From an uncultured archaeon (GTDB taxonomy: Archaea > Asgardarchaeota > Lokiarchaeia > Sigyniarchaeales > Promethearchaeaceae), in assembly GCA_964426185.1 (NCBI GenBank), contig CAYRPF010000056.1:13364-22014 (forward strand): a DNA stretch of 8,651 bases, read 5' to 3'. The translations under genes were made by a program, and so were the position numbers. The notes under the pieces were generated by a model that was given only the letters and a program-made list of their open reading frames with translations, was not told the DNA's origin and made no database searches. Of the stretch, positions 1 through 5,418 are shown piece after piece. Within the stretch, counting starts at the first letter, position 1. Each line of letters starts with the position of its first letter.

Positions 1-236
1 GGTAGACATTTTTCTATACTCTATATAGTATTTAGGATTGTCTGTATTAATTCTTTGGAAATGCCCCCCTAATAAAAAAGATTTCATCTTTGTGGAAATA
101 TTAGTAGGATTGGTGTTTATTGGGCTCTTATGTGGAAAAAATTGGGTAATTTCAGCGTTATGTTATCACCTTTGAATTTTTAAGTTCTAAAACAAAAAAT
201 TTTTGGTACATGCTATCTTGATCAAAATGGTTTCGA

Positions 237-1466
237 ATGAAAAAAGTTGAACTTCTCGCTCCTGCGCAAAATAAAAAATCTATCGATGCCGTTATCCCTT
301 ATGCCAATGCAGTCTATTTTGGAAGCGATGCGCTTAATATGCGGATGAATGCCGATAATATTCCACTTTCAGAATTAAGATCTGCAGTATCCTATTGCCA
401 TGAACATAATTTACGAGCCTATTTAACCACAAATGTTATCATCTATGAAAATGAATTAAAATATTTGGAAAATTTACTTGCAAGTGCGAAAAACGCCGAA
501 ATCGATGCTGTTATTCTTCATGATCTTGCTGCTGTTGAGATAGCGCGTGAAATGGATCTTTCTTTTCATATTTCTACTCAAGCCAGTGTTTCAAATTCTC
601 GAGCAGCGCGGTTTTATGAAAAATTGGGTGCAGAAAGAATCATTCTGGCGCGTGAGTGTTCATTAGCTCAAATTCGAGAGATTGGACAGCAGTTAAAGCA
701 TACAGAGATCGAAACATTTGTTCATGGTGCTCAGTGTACTTCCGTTTCTGGGAGATGTTATTTTTCTGCTTATGTATACGATGATCCGGTGTGTTCGGCT
801 AATAGAGGTCAATGTTTGCAACCATGCAGGCATAAATGGACTTTAAAGCATTTTTCTGGAGCTGAAATCGATTACAGCGAAGGTTTTTTTCTTAATTCAA
901 AAGATCTATGCATGATTGAGCACATCCCAGAATTAATTGATGCAGGTATCGCCTCTTTCAAAATTGAAGGACGTATGCGCGATCCCCATTATATTGAAAC
1001 GGTAGCGCGCTGCTATTGTGAAGCAATTGATGCAGTTTATGCTGACAAATATACTCCTGCAAATGTCGAATCATGGTTAGGGCAATTAAAGAAAGTATAT
1101 AATCGAGGTTTTTCCACAGGATTTTATTTTGGCCGACCTGGTCCTGAAGATATTTCGGTTGATGTTGCAGGAAATCAAGCAGAAACAAAAAAAGTTCAGA
1201 TAGGAAAAGTTATAGCATATTATCGTGGTGTTCAAGTGGCAAAAATCGTCTTACATACTGGACGCTTACAATTGGGTGATGAAATTATATTTGAAGGATC
1301 GAAACGAGGTGGTTATGTTCACCAAAAAATAGAATCCATGCAATATAAAACTAAATCCATTACAATGACCCCTCCCATACCTTCAAATGGAAGTATTTTA
1401 TTAACCACTAAAGTATCTCAACCTGTAAAAAAGGGAGATTGGGTTTATCGATATTTAGAAAAATAG
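237..1466 (+). CDS. Peptidase U32 family protein (TrhP/YegQ-like; probable Fe-S-dependent, O2-independent RNA hydroxylation protein rather than a true protease)
   Basis: 409-aa ORF with the U32 motifs in order: ELLAPA, AVYFG, HISTQASVSN, GAERIILARE, ETFVHGAQCTSVSGRC, NRGQCLQPCR, SKDLCMI, SFKIEGRMR, NRGFSTGFYFG. Conserved E159, C167, C174, C193 and C197. C-terminal beta-rich domain (GKVIAYY...LQLGDEIIFEG) as in Peptidase_U32_C. Confidence 0.95.
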   Translation: MKKVELLAPAQNKKSIDAVIPYANAVYFGSDALNMRMNADNIPLSELRSAVSYCHEHNLRAYLTTNVIIYENELKYLENLLASAKNAEIDAVILHDLAAVEIAREMDLSFHISTQASVSNSRAARFYEKLGAERIILARECSLAQIREIGQQLKHTEIETFVHGAQCTSVSGRCYFSAYVYDDPVCSANRGQCLQPCRHKWTLKHFSGAEIDYSEGFFLNSKDLCMIEHIPELIDAGIASFKIEGRMRDPHYIETVARCYCEAIDAVYADKYTPANVESWLGQLKKVYNRGFSTGFYFGRPGPEDISVDVAGNQAETKKVQIGKVIAYYRGVQVAKIVLHTGRLQLGDEIIFEGSKRGGYVHQKIESMQYKTKSITMTPPIPSNGSILLTTKVSQPVKKGDWVYRYLEK

Positions 1467-1493
1467 GTAAGTAATCAGATTTCATATTTATGA

Positions 1494-3710
1494 TTAAGTT
1501 CGACTTTTCTGGCGTTTTTGCTTCACATAAAGATCTGCTACTTTTTCAATATCTGCATCAGTTACATTTCTTTTAAGTTTCATCCGAAGCTGAGAAATAA
1601 ATTTCTCACACAGCTCTAAATCGAGAGTTTCACCTTTGATCAAGATTAATTGTTCGAGTTTTTCTGCGGGAGTTAAGATTTTGTGTGGGTTTAGAGGTGA
1701 AGTTTCAATTGTAAATTTTTGTAAGGGATTTCGGTCATCTTTTTTTGATGAAGATTTGGTTTTTTGAATATTTGCAGACTTATGTTTACGATCTTGTTGA
1801 ACCAGAGGAGAACGTTCAAATGTAAGCGTCTTTCTGCGGGTAAATCCCTTTTTTTTCAAATTTGTGTTAGAAATAAAAGGATTTTTTGAAGAAGGCACAT
1901 TTTCATGATTTTCATGGGTTTTTGAAACAGTTAAATCTATAGGTTCGACTACATGACTGCGAATTTTAAATGAATCGATTGACATTCCCGGCTTAACTTC
2001 ATGGATTGCATTTTTAATTCCCTGTTCTTGAGACTGTGTCTGAGTGGAGCCATTTTGCACATCATCTGATTGAGATTGCCATTGTTGCTTATTTCTTTCA
2101 TGATCTGCTTGAATTTCTTCAAAAAAATCTAAATCGGTGCTCACATCCTGAATTTTCTTATGATCTCGAAGCAATGTTTCAAGTTCGTTTTCTAAATTTC
2201 CATCTCTAGCTGTTTGAGAAGAATCAGTATTTGATTGAACAGTTGTTTGATTAGTAGGGATAGATTCCGATTCACCAAGGGGTGATTTAGTGGTTTGAAG
2301 TTCATCAAGATTCACATCAGGGATTCCAGTGAAGAAAGGTTTATCCGTTTTTGCTTGATTTGTTGTATGTTTTTTGGGTGCTGTTGTTTTTTTAGCGAGA
2401 GTTTGTTTTCCCGCTGAACTCGAGGGTTTAGATAGTCCGTTAAAAAATGGGTTGTTACTATCAATATCTTGCAAAATACTTTCATGTTCTTCTGTAGAAG
2501 CAAGAGTAGTAATTTCATTATTGGTCGATTTGCCCGCAATCTTTTTTAATTTGCTTAAATCAGGAATAATTTTCCCTTGGGGTGTGGTAGGAAGCCTTTT
2601 TGCCCCGTGAAATTTTCCAAACGATATTTTTTTCGGAGCTTTGATTTTACTACGTTCAATTTCCTCTTGTAATTTTTTCTCTTCCAATTTTTGTTGTAGT
2701 TCAGAGATTTTATTTTGAAAAACATCTATATAATTGTATTCTTGATAATTTTCGCAAATTTGAATCAATTCTTTGAGTAAATCCATTGCTTTTTGAAATT
2801 TTTGTGAACTAACAAATTCATTGGCTTGTTTCAATTTGTTTTTGAATTCTGGAGGAAGTGGTTGTTTTAAACCTAAAGCCTTTGTCATCACCAATCTTAA
2901 TTGATTCTCGCCATCCGAGGCATCCAAATCCATTTTATAAACTGAATATTTTTCAAGAAATGGGTATTTTTCTTTAAAAACTTCCTCTCCAATAAACGAA
3001 GGATAATTTGCATGAGTTAAAAAAAGGGCAGCTTTACTGTATTTTCCCTCCCGCAGTCGAATAGAATTAAAATACTTCAATTCTTTTTCATTCAATTCGG
3101 GATCTGAGCCATTAATGACAAATAAAATCATATCTGATCCACGAATATAATTATTCCAAAGAGGGGATAAATTATCTTTAATAATGAAATTCCATAAGTC
3201 TAAAAAGAGGTTTCCAATTTGGATTTGATGATAAACGGCAAAATCCATCATTCTTTTATCTGGTTCTGGATTAATCTTTAATAAATCTATTATTTTCTGA
3301 CGATCTTTATCATGAGGACCCATTAATGTTATTTTTGGATGTAGGTAGTAGTGTGTTTCATTGATAAATTTAACAAATTCATCCTTCTGGACAGATGGAG
3401 TTTTAATATCTACTGGATTTGGAAAAAGCTTTTGGAACATCCTTGCAGAGCGTTGAATTTCTTTCGATATAACCTTTGGTCGATCACTCATATCGGTGAT
3501 ATAAAGGAAAAAAACCTCACCAAACATACCAAAATGAGTTTGAAAATCAAAAATTGGCTTACTAAATACTTGCCCAATAGATGGTTTGTCAATATAGCCT
3601 ACGATTTTTTTAGTTAAGATTTCTTCTAATTTTGTCTTAGAATAGGCTTTTGCAAAGATATGGGTAAAAATGGTTTCCTTCTGATAATACAGAATAACTT
3701 GCCGTAGCAT
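1494..3710 (-). CDS. Longin-like domain + degenerate small GTPase (Arf/Rab-like fold) + MIT/TPR-like helical unit + long disordered linker + C-terminal helical domain
   Basis: 738-aa ORF. Residues ~1-123 show a longin-like beta/alpha pattern (RQVILYY-x-ETIFTHIF...EVFFLYITD...ISKEIQRSARMFQKLFP). Residues ~124-281 follow small-GTPase topology: KITLMGP, LFLDLWN, LSPLWNNYIRGSDMILFVING (switch II/beta4), KAALFLTH. Residues ~285-355 are helical. Residues ~356-678 are S/T/Q/K/E-rich low complexity. The CDS is certain; the domain calls come from motif recognition. Confidence 0.8.
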   Translation of the reverse strand: MLRQVILYYQKETIFTHIFAKAYSKTKLEEILTKKIVGYIDKPSIGQVFSKPIFDFQTHFGMFGEVFFLYITDMSDRPKVISKEIQRSARMFQKLFPNPVDIKTPSVQKDEFVKFINETHYYLHPKITLMGPHDKDRQKIIDLLKINPEPDKRMMDFAVYHQIQIGNLFLDLWNFIIKDNLSPLWNNYIRGSDMILFVINGSDPELNEKELKYFNSIRLREGKYSKAALFLTHANYPSFIGEEVFKEKYPFLEKYSVYKMDLDASDGENQLRLVMTKALGLKQPLPPEFKNKLKQANEFVSSQKFQKAMDLLKELIQICENYQEYNYIDVFQNKISELQQKLEEKKLQEEIERSKIKAPKKISFGKFHGAKRLPTTPQGKIIPDLSKLKKIAGKSTNNEITTLASTEEHESILQDIDSNNPFFNGLSKPSSSAGKQTLAKKTTAPKKHTTNQAKTDKPFFTGIPDVNLDELQTTKSPLGESESIPTNQTTVQSNTDSSQTARDGNLENELETLLRDHKKIQDVSTDLDFFEEIQADHERNKQQWQSQSDDVQNGSTQTQSQEQGIKNAIHEVKPGMSIDSFKIRSHVVEPIDLTVSKTHENHENVPSSKNPFISNTNLKKKGFTRRKTLTFERSPLVQQDRKHKSANIQKTKSSSKKDDRNPLQKFTIETSPLNPHKILTPAEKLEQLILIKGETLDLELCEKFISQLRMKLKRNVTDADIEKVADLYVKQKRQKSRT

Positions 3711-3717
3711 TTGTTTT

Positions 3718-3734
3718 GTTCCCCTCGTTCCCCT
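3718..3734 (-). promoter_or_regulatory. Tandem purine-rich Shine-Dalgarno-like motif (AGGGGAAC-G-AGGGGAAC) ending 7 nt before the ATG at 3710
   Basis: Minus strand reads AGGGGAACGAGGGGAACAAAACAA-ATG. It is a G-rich island in an otherwise AT-rich spacer. Confidence 0.5.
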
Positions 3735-3760
3735 TGAAAAAAGCTCTTTATTATTATTTC

Positions 3761-3788
3761 TAATATATTATAAGATTAATGCATTAAT
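3761..3788 (-). promoter_or_regulatory. Putative archaeal TATA box region (TTATAATATATTA on the minus strand) next to a perfect 14-bp palindrome ATTAATGCATTAAT
   Basis: Palindromes at 3761-3770 (TAATATATTA) and 3775-3788 (ATTAATGCATTAAT), about 50-80 bp upstream of the longin-GTPase start. Confidence 0.4.
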
Positions 3789-3808
3789 TAAAATTGTCGT
3801 GTTATTTT

Positions 3809-5131
3809 CTATCGACCGCGCTTTGTTAAAGAATTCACCTTTGCCCGTACATTTTCAATATAAACATCTTCAGTGGGAATCCGTTCTAATAATTTTTGCG
3901 CTACTTCTACGGCTGTATCAATCATTTGAAAATTTTCCAGCAATTCTATGATTTCCAAACTGTTTTCGGTGGATAAAATTAAATGTCTTCCCGAAATACA
4001 ATCTGTAGGAGTTGATTGCTCATAAGATTCTGTTGTTTTATCCTCTTCAGATGTTTCTATTTCTTCAGATGTTTCTATTTCTTCAGATGTTTCTATTTCT
4101 TCAGAAAGTTCTGATTCTTCATTTTCTTCTGTTCGTTCTTCCAATGAATCAATATTTAATGTGGATGATGTGTTGGTTGCTGCTGATCCTACAGCATATT
4201 TTGACAGATTTTGCTGCAACGTCAGTTGTATTTCTTCTGAAAGGGGAATTTCTAATTGTTGTAATTTTTTTATTAAAGTTTTAATCCCTTGCATTACTGC
4301 GAATTCATGATCATAGCTATCAATACCAGCAAAAATTTTTTTAATCAAATTAAGAGCTATTTCAGGGGATTTTGCTTTTAATGCTGTTCCTGTTAGATGA
4401 ATGAGGCTTTGTTCTCGCAAAAATTGGCTATCAATTATGGGAATAATTTTTGTTGTTAGATACTCAACCAAAGGAATAAAATTTTGGTCAGGAATTTTGT
4501 CTACAACATCGTCTATAAAAAGAATAATGGTGTGTTTAAGTCTTGAATCATTCGTTTTTTTTCCCGTTCCGTAATTCAGCACGATATACTTTATACGTTC
4601 AATTACTTCATCGATTTTTGGTGGCACTTCAGTTAATTTATAGAAACTGGCTTCAATAGCATCTTGGATTTTTTCTTGATTCTCCAAGGGAAATGGGAAA
4701 TATTTAGTTAATTCTGGTTGTGGCCCTGCTGGGACTTTAGTTTTTGATCTTGTTTTCTTTCTTCGTTTCTTCTTCTCTCCATCTGCCCCTTCCATTTCAT
4801 CTTTAGATTTATGGGAAGCTTTTGATTTTGAATTTTGTGCAAGAATCAAATCAGGAATTTCGTAATCTCTTACTGGAAAAAGCATATACGTGTCACCTTC
4901 CTTCCAAAATGCAAATGCTTGTTTTTCTTCACAAGTTTCTCGCACTGATTTTGGTAAAGTTATGCTTCCACTTTTAGTTAATTTCAATATTTCGACTGGA
5001 TTTTTTGGGAGCTGTCGCTTTTTCTCTATAGCTTCAGATGTCTGAGCAGTTTTGACATCTTCTTTTGGATTTTGCTTTTCTTTAAGAACTTCATTTATTT
5101 CTACTGAATTGGAAGGTGGATTTTCTGACAT
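3809..5131 (-). CDS. AbrB/MazE/SpoVT-like DNA-binding domain protein with basic patch and C-terminal alpha-helical (HEAT/TPR-like) region
   Basis: 440-aa ORF. Residues ~46-88 (ILKLTKSGSITLPKSVRE...FAFWKEGDTYMLFPV) fit the swapped-hairpin consensus GxITIPxxxR...EGDxIxLxP. Residues 120-132 are KKKRRKKTRSKTK. Residues ~140-314 and ~385-436 form amphipathic helices, interrupted by an acidic loop. Confidence 0.75.
   Translation of the reverse strand: MSENPPSNSVEINEVLKEKQNPKEDVKTAQTSEAIEKKRQLPKNPVEILKLTKSGSITLPKSVRETCEEKQAFAFWKEGDTYMLFPVRDYEIPDLILAQNSKSKASHKSKDEMEGADGEKKKRRKKTRSKTKVPAGPQPELTKYFPFPLENQEKIQDAIEASFYKLTEVPPKIDEVIERIKYIVLNYGTGKKTNDSRLKHTIILFIDDVVDKIPDQNFIPLVEYLTTKIIPIIDSQFLREQSLIHLTGTALKAKSPEIALNLIKKIFAGIDSYDHEFAVMQGIKTLIKKLQQLEIPLSEEIQLTLQQNLSKYAVGSAATNTSSTLNIDSLEERTEENEESELSEEIETSEEIETSEEIETSEEDKTTESYEQSTPTDCISGRHLILSTENSLEIIELLENFQMIDTAVEVAQKLLERIPTEDVYIENVRAKVNSLTKRGR
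4044..4105. repeat. Perfect 18-bp tandem repeat TCTTCAGATGTTTCTATT x3.4, in frame, encoding (SEEIET)n
   Basis: Identical units at 4044-4061, 4062-4079 and 4080-4097, plus a partial unit TCTTCAGA at 4098-4105. Confidence 0.97.
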
Positions 5132-5157
5132 TTAACTTTCTCATATTTAGATTTGCT

Positions 5158-5170
5158 TTCATAAATTAAA
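5158..5170 (-). promoter_or_regulatory. Possible TATA box for the AbrB-like gene (TTTAATTTATGAA on the minus strand)
   Basis: AT-rich box 27-39 nt upstream of the ATG at 5131. This fits a leaderless or short-leader archaeal transcript, but specificity is low in AT-rich DNA. Confidence 0.3.
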
Positions 5171-5270
5171 AGCATTGCTGGGAAAAACAATTCTCGAATT
5201 TTAATTCTACCTGTTCGATCCAGAAATAATTAAAAATTATATGAGAATTCCTTTTCATTGAATAATTCAT

Positions 5271-5377
5271 GGTAAAATATTGGTAAAAAATAAAGAAAAT
5301 TATTATAAAATATTGGTAAAAAATACTTGATAAATTTATTTTAAGGTAAAAAATAGGGAAAAAATAGGGTTTCAATA
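5271..5377. repeat. 11-bp-periodic direct-repeat array (consensus GGTAAAAAATA), including a perfect 20-bp direct repeat TAAAATATTGGTAAAAAATA
   Basis: Units start at 5271 GGTAAAATATT, 5282 GGTAAAAAATA, 5293 AAGAAAATTAT, 5304 TATAAAATATT, 5315 GGTAAAAAATA, 5345 GGTAAAAAATA, 5356 GGGAAAAAATA and 5367 GGGTTTCAATA. The 20-mer lies at 5273-5292 and 5306-5325. Confidence 0.85.
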
Positions 5378-5382
5378 ATCAC

Positions 5383-5394
5383 TTTTAAATATAT
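5383..5394 (+). promoter_or_regulatory. Putative archaeal TATA box (TTTTAAATATAT) for the wHTH gene
   Basis: TTTAAATA at 5384-5391 is centred about 31 nt upstream of the ATG at 5419. No SD motif is evident, which suggests a leaderless or short-leader mRNA. Confidence 0.45.
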
Positions 5395-5418
5395 TAGGTT
5401 GCTAATATTATATAGTAA

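Noticed and set aside
33-140. Short repeats TGTGGAAA (91, 131) and TAGGATTG (33, 105) upstream of the U32 gene
   Set aside because: Only two 8-bp copies each, too weak to call an operator.
227-250. Out-of-frame upstream mini-ORF (MVSNEKS*) overlapping the U32 start
   Set aside because: A seven-codon ORF is expected by chance; no evidence of translation.
958-1188. 76-aa minus-strand ORF
   Set aside because: Antisense shadow inside the well-supported U32 gene, with no recognisable motifs.
1472-1496. Small inverted repeats (TAATCA...TGATTA; TCATA-TT-TATGA) between the convergent U32 and longin genes as a terminator
   Set aside because: Stems are short and AT-rich, with no clear U-tract; not supportable as an intrinsic terminator.
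2312-2610. ORFs 2312-2539 (-) and 2374-2610 (+)
   Set aside because: Alternative-frame or antisense ORFs within the low-complexity linker of the 738-aa gene; no independent support.
3351-3617. 88-aa plus-strand ORF
   Set aside because: Antisense to the longin-like domain; no motifs or start signals.
4012-4284. 90-aa hydrophobic ORF with (LQMFLF)n, resembling a membrane peptide
   Set aside because: The hydrophobicity is the antisense reading of Glu-rich codons and the 18-bp repeat of the real minus-strand gene.
3809-5131. Type II toxin-antitoxin system suggested by the AbrB/MazE-like domain
   Set aside because: The protein is 440 aa and no adjacent small PIN/MazF/RelE-like ORF is present.
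5166-5375. 69-aa F/I/Y-rich minus-strand ORF in the divergent spacer (possible small membrane protein or toxin)
   Set aside because: Its composition is explained by the reverse complement of the A-tract repeat array. It is not excluded without ribosome profiling, but nothing supports it.
4044-5377. CRISPR interpretation of the 18-bp or 20-bp repeats
   Set aside because: The 18-bp units have no spacers. The 20-mer has only two copies 13 bp apart. No cas genes are present.
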